Source: Botryllus schlosseri (Eukaryota). From it: a stretch of 64,000 nucleotides of DNA. This document shows positions 47,276 through 58,511 of the stretch, one piece after another. Made by a program: the position numbers and the translations under genes. Below the pieces are notes generated by a model, which saw only the letters and a list, made by a program, of their open reading frames with translations, did no database searches and was not told the DNA's origin. Position 1 is the first letter of the stretch. Each line of letters opens with the position of its first letter. The stretch covers positions 4,402,001 through 4,466,000 of the forward strand of contig CM119377.1 of the NCBI GenBank assembly GCA_051294905.1. The letters run 5' to 3'.

Positions 47276-49235
47276 ATTTATCGCTAATCTGAAGTATAAC
47301 AATTCAGTGTTTTGGTGAACTTGTAGTCATAAATACCAATCATCACCCTCATTATATACAACGAAAAATAATTGTTTATTCTTTCGAAATTAAAATGTAG
47401 GGCGTTTTTTAATCTTGAGCATTACTCAATCTTAGTTATGAGACTTAATCTTAAATATTATTAAAAGGTATCAATTTGGGCGTCGCCACAGCACGTCGAC
47501 TTTAACTGCTAGTACCGTCATACTACCCAAAAGGCATGCAGGCGTCTCAATGTAATTTCCAAAACAATATGAATGTTATAGGCCTGCCGAACATTGAAAC
47601 ACATCTTCATTTCTGACCAGAAGTGTATTAAACACTGGTAACATCATTTGCAGGAGGGTCCTTATATACAATTTTTTCAATGATTCAATTACTTGATTCT
47701 GTCACTGCTGATTGTTATCGCACCGTATCTGTACGCGTATGTGTTGCGTCATTTAAAAGTGTCACGATGTCAAGGCTGCCAGAATAGCTCATCTACGTCA
47801 AAATTGCGCGGTGACACTGCCCGCAAATGAATTATAGTTAAGACTGCGAATTTCTGTTCAACAAACAACTCAAAGTGATAATACAATGCGGTATTCCAAC
47901 ACGCTGATTGTACCGCGATAATTTTCACCTCTTAACCCGGTGTATTTGCGTCATGCGTATGGGAATCTGGCTGGTAAGTTATAATTAGTATAGCATGCGC
48001 GAAAATGTGAAATAGTAGCAATAATTCCGGTTCTAGCAGGATGGAAGATCGTAACCTCGACATGCTCGCATCGATATGATATGATCTAAGCAACATGGTT
48101 GAAAATCAAAAAATCAAATAGAGGAATGTCAAAATCCGCATGGGCATAATATACCTAGCCACAATGATGGAGCGCAACTATTTATAAAATCCACAGAAAC
48201 TATGAAGAAGGTCTACAGATATTGTACAGTACGTGAATCCTTGAGGTGAACTCTACAATCATTGAAATACAAAGTCATGGGATATCACTTTCATCATATC
48301 TTAGGTAGAAAGCCAAATATACGTGACAGTGAAATACCTATTTACTTATTTACATTTGTATTTTACACATCGCGCAGGTTATAACAAATATATAAGGAAT
48401 AAAGGATGGCTATAAAACACATATGGACTGGACAAAATATGGCAGCGATGCAAGTTGTAGTTAATTACCAATGATTAATCAACACGCATCGCAGCAACGT
48501 ATCACGCGGCAGACCAGAAAACAACAACCTACCAAATGTCACGTTTCACGTAGGTCTGTCTATTTAGTGTCACGAGAGTACGTTACGTCCTTTCGGTGAT
48601 CAAGAAACGAACCTGTTGTGCTAGACAACTCGTCTCGCTACATAATGAGTCTATGAAGGAGAAATTAAAGTGGTAATATGATTCATATCTGTAATATAGT
48701 TCAATGTATTTAAAACGTTTCCGTAAAAACCGCACAACCAGTCCTCTCGCCTTCGAGCCCGTTCTGTCTATCGCGTGACAGGAGCGTCGGGAGCACACAC
48801 ATAATAATTACGTTAATCACAATCACAATATGCTATCCATAACGTCATAACATATACCACCCGATTGCTTACTCCAGTAGTTTTAAACCCTTACCAACTG
48901 GAGGTCGACCGATATTGATTTTTGCAGGCCGATACCGATACTGATTTCGACACACTCACGAGGCCGATAACCGATAACATAGGCCGATAGTAAGATGGAA
49001 GGAGCAGCGAGCCATTTCACAAAAATATTATATATTAGGCAATGTGGCACTTACACATGCCAGAGAAAGCTGAACAACAAACGAGCAAAACGTAATACAG
49101 AATGGCAGATCAGTCCAGTAGAGATAGATTGTAATGCAGGAAGAATAGTTTCTCTGCATAATCACCCAGTTAAAATATACTAGGTTATGGATGTTCAGAT
49201 CTGATTGCTTATTGTTACAAAGTCATGGTGTGATA

Positions 49236-50175
49236 GGGGAGATGTGGCACAGATGGATCAAAAATTGTTAAATGATCTTCAGCCGATAACGACAGATCTT
49301 CTGCTGGCTCAACACTTTGATATAAACTCTACCTACCGCACTTATATACATGATTATCCGCTTTTTCAAAGAATATTTATGAACGTTCAAAATTTGTAGC
49401 TGGAACGTATCATCGGTCCTCGCACGGTGGGTCGGAAGGAACACGACCTGGGGACCTATGAGGCTTACGCTCAAAAACTTAAATGTTCCAAATTTATTGC
49501 TGTGTCTAAGCTACAGCATGCCAAAAACGAATGTTTGGTCGCAACCGCCGAGAAAATAAAATAAATATAATAGCTTAAATGTAGTCATGAAATCCCGTTC
49601 CGATTTAAGCACAAACTTATAAATTTGAGGGTACATACACAAACACATTGCCCGTAAATCGAGATTTTGACTTCCAAGTAGCTCATTATAGCGGTAAAAC
49701 ATATAATTTTTATATACAGCGTCTATGTATGTAGCAGCGTTTCTGTTTCGCATGATTGGTTAGTCCAACTATATTGCTTGATTTGGCTATGGTATCATCG
49801 GCCTCATCTCCATAAATTTTGTAATTGAATTGGAAAAAGTCTACCCAAGGATGGTATTGAATGAAAAAATATGTGCCGTTATATAGCCTGGTACAAGCCC
49901 CACACTGCACAATAGAAATGATTGATGGTTTGTTCGTGTTGAAGGTTACAAAGAGAAATGAATGCGTCGATTGAAATTTATCTGGCACCCCTTAAAACAG
50001 AAGACATCAGCCAGTGACCCCATATCTCGTGCAGGTCGAAGTTTTTTGCGTGTGAGGAAAGACTCTGCCAGCATGCAATTGTAGACCATTTCACGGAGTG
50101 TAATCATGGGATTATCAGAGAGAACTTTTCAAGTATTTTTTCAGTCCCAGTGTCTCATCGGTACCACATCTCCCC
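49236..50175. mobile_element. MITE with TA target duplication, copy 2 (940 bp)
   Basis: TIRs GGGGAGATGTGG / CCACATCTCCCC with TA flanks; colinear with 4660-5620 throughout. Confidence 0.92.
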
Positions 50176-50401
50176 TACTTAAAACAATGAATATATTTTT
50201 CAATGCAAGGTAATTAATTAATTTTGCAAAACACTATACGACATTCAAAATATTAAAAGACGGTCATAAATTATATGCGACGTTGCAATGCAACCGCAAA
50301 ATCGACAGTATGTTGTAACATATTATTGTCAGTCAATAAGTCATTCAAATGGAATGGAACAATCTGACGACGATGTTCTAGTCCCGGACAATCCACTAGC
50401 A

Positions 50402-51669
50402 CAGTGGTTCTCAACCTTTTTGTCGTCGCGGACCCCTTTCGGACCATCACGGAGCTCGCGGACCCCCACGAAAAGTTTGGACAAAATTAGCTCAGCTATC
50501 GTGCAATCGTCATATGTCTGATGCAAGTGATAACTGTAGGCTCAGTGATAAACAGCAAAAACATGAATTTTCCTGAAAATAAAATCATACCATTCATGAC
50601 TTCTATTATTTCAAAGCGAATTCTGCAACTGAATTTCTTGAAATACGTGGTCGTGTCTTGAAAATCCGCGCCTTCGATTGGATATTAACGAGTGCCGAAA
50701 ATCCATTTCCACAAATATAGGTGGGGGCGAATGTAGCGATAACGCGTAACACTTCCGACGATACATTTGGGTATCATCGCAACAACTATGGCTAAGACGC
50801 TCAACGCTAACTATGACGCACTCCTCCGCTATGCACTCGGCATTCACCATCCGGAGCATATATCCACGAACGCATTGCGAGAACTCACAGGAACGGTCCC
50901 ATGCCGTCTGCTGGCAGCTGAACGACGCTTCCGCCTAATCGGCCATCTAGTGCGGCATCAAGACGAGCAACCAGCCGCCGCCATCATTAATCACATTCCC
51001 ACGGAGCCATGGCGCAGAGGTGGCTGGAATCGGAGAACATAGCGCTCGACAATGGAGACTGATCTAGCGCAACGCGGGCTGTCGCTTGAAGACGCCCACG
51101 ACCGCCCACGTTGCAGACGCTTAACACGAGCCCAAAACTGATTATCTCGATGTTCTTTTTGTCTGCTGTTTTCTTTTGCCCTTTTTTATTTTATCTAATT
51201 GAAAAGTCGCTATATATATATGGTCCCAAATTTGACAACCGATTTTTATTTAATGAACATATAACGTCAAGCCTGGTCATTTCCACCTATCAGCTTAATT
51301 TTATACTTCAGGAGAGACGGTATTTTTGTAAACATTTCGCAGTCCCTGTTCTTGACCTTACTTATCCAACTTTTTTTTACATAATCCCCAACAACACTTA
51401 TCTAAACAGCATAATGTTTGTATCAGTAGGCTATATTGTCAATTTAGCAATTAAAATGAGTCTGCACAGTAGAATATTTCTTCTCAGACGGCGGTTCTGT
51501 TGATGTGAAATCTGGAGCTTTACTATAGTAATGAAGCGAAACTGCCTCGTGATTTTCCGAATTTGAAAGAATACAAATTATGCTGACCACTATTTTGAGG
51601 CTTCGCGGACCCCCTGAAAATGCTTCGTGGACCCCCAGGGGTCCGCGGACCCCCGGTTGAGAACCACTG
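50402..51669. mobile_element. Non-autonomous Charlie/Buster element, 1268 bp
   Basis: TIRs CAGTGGTTCTCAACC / GGTTGAGAACCACTG; perfect TSD CACTAGCA; CGCGGACCCC subterminal repeats. Confidence 0.95.
50767..51141 (+). pseudogene. 3' end of an RTE-like LINE ORF inside the Charlie element
   Basis: KTLNANYDALLRYALGIHHPEHISTNALRELTG..RRFRLIGHLVRH..P..RRGGWNRRT*..ETDL..GL..DAHDRPRCRRL matches the post-RT C-terminus typical of RTE-clade LINEs; one in-frame stop. Confidence 0.75.
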
Positions 51670-52707
51670 CACTAGCATAATAGACCAGTGTTGAGGAATG
51701 AGATCTTCGTGCGTTCAACAGTGAATGCCGGCGCAGAGACACCGATTCGGTGAGGATGCCCCTGCAAAGAAAGAGAATTGGGAAGCACAAAAGCAATGAG
51801 TAGAAATGGTCCCATTTTGGTATTGATAAAGTTTTGTCTGCAGCATGGCTTGTTATCGGACTTCCTTTTTGACACCTCGCGCAATATCCTTACTATTCAA
51901 TGTATAGTGAAGCTAGGCTTATGCTTCTGTCGAGATTGCGAGCTACCATCCAGCTACGATCGGAACTATATTGCTGCTATTTGACGGTACCTTCGCGCTT
52001 GCTACTAATTATAACTTTCTTACCAAATTCCCGTGCGTGTGACGTAAACATACCTCGTCAAATGGTGTAAATTATCGCGGTAAAATCAGCGTGTGGGAAC
52101 AGCGCATTATTCGATCGCTTTGAGTTGTTTGTTGACTAGTAATTTTCAGTCTGGAGTAGAATCGACTAGTCTGCAGCATCGCGGCACAATTTTGACGTAG
52201 ATGAGCTATTCCGGCAGCCTTGGAATCGTGACACTTTAAAAGGACGCATCCCATATACGCACAGATACCATGCAATAACAATAAGAAATGAGAGATTCAA
52301 GTTATTAACCTATTGAAAATATTGTATATAAGGCCCCACTTGCAAAAGAACGTACCAGTGTTTCGGGCACTCCTGCTCAAAGCTGAATAGAAATAGGGCA
52401 GACGGAAAACGATCAGAGTGCTTTAGAACGCACATCGTGATATCGATTTTTTTTTAGGTTGTATCACAGTTCGTGCATTTTATGTCGACGTGATGTAGCA
52501 ACTGCTTAAATTGATACCATTCAATAATATTTAATACCAATGCCATAATCAAGATTGAGCCATGCTCAAAATTGGAATATCACCCTCACATTTTCATTTC
52601 GAAATAGCATACAACAATTTATCTTTGTGTATAATAAGGGTCAAGATAACTTGTTTATACGAATTCGTTAAAACATCAAATTGTTATACCTAAGATCAGC
52701 TATAAAC

Positions 52708-53702
52708 ATGACGAAAATAATATGTGTCGTGGTTGTTGCCGTTGCTGCACTGTCAGAGGGGACCAATGGTCAGACCGCATGGCAGTTGGGGAAAAAGTTC
52801 AAAGCGCTGCAATGTGCTCCCAGTAAGTGTCTCGATAATATATGATACATCCAGAAGTTTTTACTGAATTATCACCATTTGTCGCCTTTACCCTATTATC
52901 AAAAATAAATAATATTCGGTATTGTTGGTATTGTTATCATCGATTGCTGCTACTCCTCGTAGAAACGGGATTTGAAGATCAAGTTCAACCTTGCTACGAT
53001 TTCATCTCGAAGGAGTTGGTTTCTGCTAAAGAATGCAAGCTGCCTAAATACCAGCACTGTTGCCTCCACGAGTGCGCGTGCGTGATGAGAGGGGGTAGGT
53101 TCGCCACATTTTCCATACTTGAATATTTTTTATTTCATAGTTCATTTGCAGCGGGATATTTCTCACCCGTGATTCCCAAACGATTCATGCGTACAAAGTC
53201 GGCGAAGAAAAGCGCAGAAAACAAGACAGAATTATTAGAAGGGTGCGTACCTTCCAAAAGAGATGTGGCGGACCCTACAACAGTGCCGACTACTACAACC
53301 GACTCGACATTGTCGCCGAAGCTAGCTTGGAGACGGACAACGAAAGCAGTACAGGAAAGCACTTCCGAGGCTCCGAGTACAACAACGAAACGCGTGTGGA
53401 AATGGTCTCCGAAAACAACCCATGCAACATCACAGAAGACAACAAAACTCGTGCGGAAATGGTCACCAAAAACAACCAAAGCAACAGCACAGAAAACAAC
53501 GAAATGGACACGGAAAACGAAGACGACTACTCGGAAAACCACAGCCAAACCTACGTGGAAACGGCGTTCTCCCGAAACCGCCAAATCAACCACCAAGAAA
53601 CCCTGTAATAATTCGGGATCATCTTTCGGTTTCTTTTCTTCGTTTTCGAGCATATTCAGTCAATTCGGATTCAACACAGGAGTCGATACCAGTGACTGTT
53701 GA
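52708..53702 (+). CDS. Paralog E (265 aa; exons 52708-52822, 52963-53094, 53152-53702)
   Basis: MTKIICVVVVAVAALSEGTNG-QTAWQLGKKFKALQCAP | KTGFEDQVQPCYDF..CCLHECACVMRG | AGYFSPVIPKRF..EGC..KWSPKTT..KPC..FGFFSSFSSIFSQFGFNTGVDTSDC*. Introns of 140 and 57 nt. Confidence 0.92.
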
Positions 53703-55044
53703 TAGTATATATAGCACTGTGTGAACTCGTTTTGTATCATTCTAAAATATTTATCGACACAATATAGTGTTCTCTCGCTATGAAACACCACAATACTATA
53801 AATTACAATTTCCTATTTTACTACTTTCATCAGTAGTCGCATTTCGATGTGTTACAGCATTTCAGCGATATGAAAAAGTATACATATATAGTTTTTTTTA
53901 ATTTTCCATTTTTATCACCGTTCAACTATACCCTTTCATCAATCTTGTTGCAAAATATACTAAACGTCCTACAACAATTTCAAAAATTTTACCGTCCTCT
54001 GCATGTGATACATCGCCCAATGGGTTGTAGTCAGACATGGGGTGATTACTTCATGAATGTAATCGATTGCGATTACGATTACTTCAGAATCACGCGATTA
54101 CGATTACGATTACGATTACGGCAAAATCAGGAAGTAGTCGATTACGATTACATTGGAAAAGTAATCACGATTACTCACGATTACATTTATTTTGCTTATT
54201 CTTAGAACTATAATCTTAGAAGATATATTGGAGGACAATATAAGGCCTAATGATTTAACAACTTTCTTTAGAAATGATGCGTCAGTTGCTTGTTACGTCA
54301 TCATGTAGCCATTTCCCAACAATATAGAATTTATCGCACACAACGATTTGCATTATTGTCAGCTAGGTCCGTAACTGCCGCACCCAAAAATCACCAATAG
54401 GGTGGGGAGCGAGAAGTGGAATAAAAAATACTTCCTAAATCAACATAAATTATAGAGTATTTTCGAGAGATTTAATTAATTTGAAATTTTTTTCGAGCTT
54501 CGCGATTTAAATGTTTCTAGATAGCTTAAGTTTGAGATTCATACCTCTCCCCCTCAGGAAAAAAACATGCATAATTGATGGTAATAGGCATTTGGGTGCA
54601 GGTCATTACCGCGCCACGACACACCAAAAGACATATGCAGTTTCGGCCAATATGCGACTCCACGGAGTGAGTTACTAAAGAAAGACCTTTTTCGAAACTT
54701 GGGGTATTTGTCCATTCTCAATATCCGCGCTGGGTGGGCGTGACTAATAGTGCTGTCCTTTCAATCAGGGCCCACAATGCGAATGCCAACCGAGGGCACC
54801 CAAAAACGAATTAAGGCATGACAATCTGTGTGAACGTCTCACGAAGGTTTTTCTTTTGGTCTGCTACGTTTGGGCGACTGCAATATCTTTTTATTACATA
54901 ACAGACCGGAGGTCACGATTTAACAACATACAATACAGTAATTATAACAACATACCAGATGGTAATGATTATGAATTACTTCCCACGGATCTACAAGTAA
55001 ATCTGACCATCGGGGACCGCAGAGGATCAAAAATGAATAATAAT

Positions 55045-55305
55045 TTGGGCGATTTTTTTTTGACATTTCAAAATTAGGTCAAAATTGTAGCGTTAGGTCA
55101 AAAAATGTCAAAATTGTTTACGAAATTAAACCTTTTTTTCAACCTGCATTTCGTTTGTACCGTACATTTTTCACTTTCGGTGCATTTATCATTTAGCATT
55201 TTACAGTTTATAGCCTACTTTATAGGCCTACCGTTGTAGATTAGCCCATTGTCTGCTCATTGTGAATCATATTAAAAAATTCAAATGAAACAAATGGTGC
55301 AATGC
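55045..55305 (-). mobile_element. Uninterrupted homolog of the right arm of the 12083-18622 element
   Basis: Reverse complement is colinear with 17065-17255 joined to 18552-18620, and has only one copy of the site duplicated as CAATTTAG (empty site). Confidence 0.8.
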
Positions 55306-55965
55306 AACCCTAAATATAATGCAATTACCAATATTATTGACGAAATTAGGTCTGGAACTTGAAAATTGACCACCCTATGGGGCCCAAGACCAACGTTTGG
55401 AGTCGGGGACGAATTGCTGTTTTGGTCTGATTCTAGCTATAACTCACGCGCACATGGTGTATAAGCGGATGGCTATGGCGGCAGGTCCCAATATTGAGTA
55501 AAGAATTGTGAAATATCGATTGACACCCGTTTCAAGTATAGAGTCATATGAGAATAAGATAAAGAAAACATAATATTCTACCTTCAACTCAATATAGATA
55601 CTGCCAGCTGCCGTTACAAGAAACGGCAAAGAACGTCTCGGTTATGATATATATCAGCAACTGTTGATTTTTAATTCTTCGTTGTGGAAACCGTAATGTT
55701 TTATTTGAGTACAAAATTTCAAATCTTTGTCTGGTGTACGTTGTACGTATACGTACACACTACATAGGCCTACTGTTCGCCAAGCAGCAGCGGTCAAACT
55801 ACGTATAACTAAGAATAACCATCAACCAAACATCAATACATAAGTTACTATTTGACACTCTGCAGAGTGGTGATTATTATCCTGCTGCGAGGTAGTGGCG
55901 TCTGAAAAGCATTGATAATCCGATATTCACCGCGGTGAGTGTTACTTATTACAATCACTCTACAA

Positions 55966-58511
55966 CAGGGGTGGGCAACATACGGCCCGCGGGCCGGATA
56001 CGGCCCGCGAAAGGATTTTGTCCGGCCCGCGGATAGTTTTCCGTCTTACATGATAATGTGGCCAGCGGCCCCAGCCTGCCGAGATTCCGCACTACGTGCT
56101 TACTACGTCAAATTTTAGAGACTGTATGTCATTATACACGTGTATGCGCAGCGTTGCGAGAGTGCAGCTTATGCGTAAGTTCGTCGAAGCGAGAAGACTT
56201 GCATTATCGGCATTTACGATGCACTCAACCATAATGCCGTCTGTGGTTATCATGATTTTTGTCGACTACAATGGTCATTTGCACCAGGCTGATATTTCTT
56301 CACAGCGCACTTCTAGGCAAGGCACCGCTTATGCCGGGTGTCGCCAACTCAAAACGGATCGCAGGCCACTTTTCAAACTTCGTAGAGGACGCGGGCCGCA
56401 TGAATGCAATGTCGAGATTAACACTAGAACTACCGGAACTTCGAACTACCTAGAACTACCATGTGGCTTTTTTGACGCATGTTGAATCTTCTTCGATTAA
56501 ATGCATTTATCGGAGCTAAAAATCAGCACAAATCTCAACAAACGGCATCAGAAACCATTGTTTATTGCGCTCACAGCTACTTGCAATATTTTACATACAC
56601 CTTAGGTCAACACTTATAAAACAAATCGCCGTTTTTGGTGTAACATATAAGTGTTGCTCTGGTGTGCATTTGGTATTTGAGCACGTTCTTTAAAAATTTA
56701 GAGTAGGTTCCAGATTCGCTTTAGCCACATCATCATTGTTGGTTATTGCTGACATATCATAAAGCTTATCAGATAAGATTTGCATAATTCAATTTTGCAA
56801 CTAATCCTCGATTTGCATATTTTTAGAGTATCGGCATTTTGGCAAGTAGACGATCATTCACATTCTAAGAAAACATGCACGGACCATCGTCGACTTGTTG
56901 GTACCCTCATAGAATACTGCCTTGCAACCTGACCAATAATATCCCCCTGGTTTTGTTTCGTTATAACATTTAACCGTCACTGGTTTCTTGTTTGTGTTGT
57001 TTCTGAAGGAAACAGTTACCTCAAGTTGCAGTGAACTCAATATATATGTGTACAAATTCGATCTCTACACTGGCATCTCGCCGTTACGCTTATCAACAAG
57101 ATGATAGCTTTGAAAAGTGTGGCTGCCTGTGTTCCTTCTGGTCCTGGGTAGCTTCAAGCAACTTTTGACAATAGTGTCAACCGGGACTTCGTTTGCTTCT
57201 CCAAGCGTATACAGCCACATCCACGTAACATTGTTTCGAGATGGATTACATCAGACTCTTCACATTACTATGCTTGGCAAATGTATAGATTATGGAAGAG
57301 GTGTCCTGTCCTATCCTTGCCTAAATATGAGACGCCCTTGTACAGATACTTGGTAGCAGCAGCGTCCACCATCTGACATTTTACCCCAATTATTTGCTGG
57401 CATTTCGACCATGTAATGAACGAAAACCATATTATCTTTATCGAATCCACACCTTTTTGTACTCCTTATGTCAATGGAAAGATAATGACTTTCATAATTC
57501 TGTTCTTCGAGAGGGCCTGACTAAACATAATGCACCCATGCCCTCAGTCCTCATATGCATTCAATTCACTAGATTCAGCTCACTCTCCCCCCGAAGATCC
57601 ATCTCGTAGACCGGAGCAAAGACCCTTTGCCCTTGTACAATCCTAGTATATTAGTATGGACAATACAGATGTCGGCTTGGTCTAATGGTACATTTCAAAT
57701 TTCATGTCCTGTAACACGCTGAGCTTCAGAAATATAATATTACAGAGCTTTAGTGACTGGGAACGAGGAAGATCCAGGGCCTTCTATTACAAGGGATGTT
57801 GTTGCTAACACAGTTAGACCGAGTCGATATTAACAAAGTTCTGTTGTTACAAACGGCTTTTCTGCGTTTATCAGATACATAACCACTTTCAAGAATATGA
57901 AACTGTGATGCCTGAAGGTAGAAAAAGTGTAATGCGTCAAAAAAGCCACTCGGTAGTTATAGGTAGTTCTGTGTATACCTTTTTTATTTGTACTAGATGA
58001 GTGATGAAAATCATGGGTAAGGTGGCCTACATAAAATAAATAAAAGTCAAGAAGTTTCAGCCGAACAGCGTAAGATTTGACTGAATGCCAGCTCTTCAAA
58101 AATGAAAATGCGTCAAAAAAGCCACTTGATCGTTCTAGTGTTAATAGGCCACACGCAGTTGAACAACGACGCTATCCCGTCGCGTACTCAACCTTGATGA
58201 ATTGATATCTTGGATAATTAATGTAACCGGGCCTACCGAACGCCTTGAAATCTTAATTAGGGATTGCACCGTGTGTTGATTGATCATGATCAGTGAGATG
58301 CAGACATGGCGGTGCCTGTATGACAATGTTATTCTCAAATCCACATTGTCTTCGCCATTATCGTTGTCGTTAAAATACATTCATTAAAGACGATTTATTC
58401 CTTGTATATATGGATAAATGGGCGAATAATGTATCGATTCAGCAATCCGGCCCGCCAAGTACTAAATTTTCCTATATCCGGCCCGCCGATTGAAGAAGTT
58501 GCCCGCCCCTG
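55966..58511. mobile_element. Non-autonomous Charlie/Buster element, 2546 bp
   Basis: TIRs CAGGGGTGGGCAAC / GTTGCCCGCCCCTG; CGGCCCGC subterminal repeats; perfect TSD CTCTACAA; no intact ORF. Confidence 0.92.

Noticed and set aside
57150-57370. Open frame (..PRNIVSRWITSD..) with faint resemblance to DIRS tyrosine recombinase
   Set aside because: Catalytic residues are not found and stops flank it; too weak to call.
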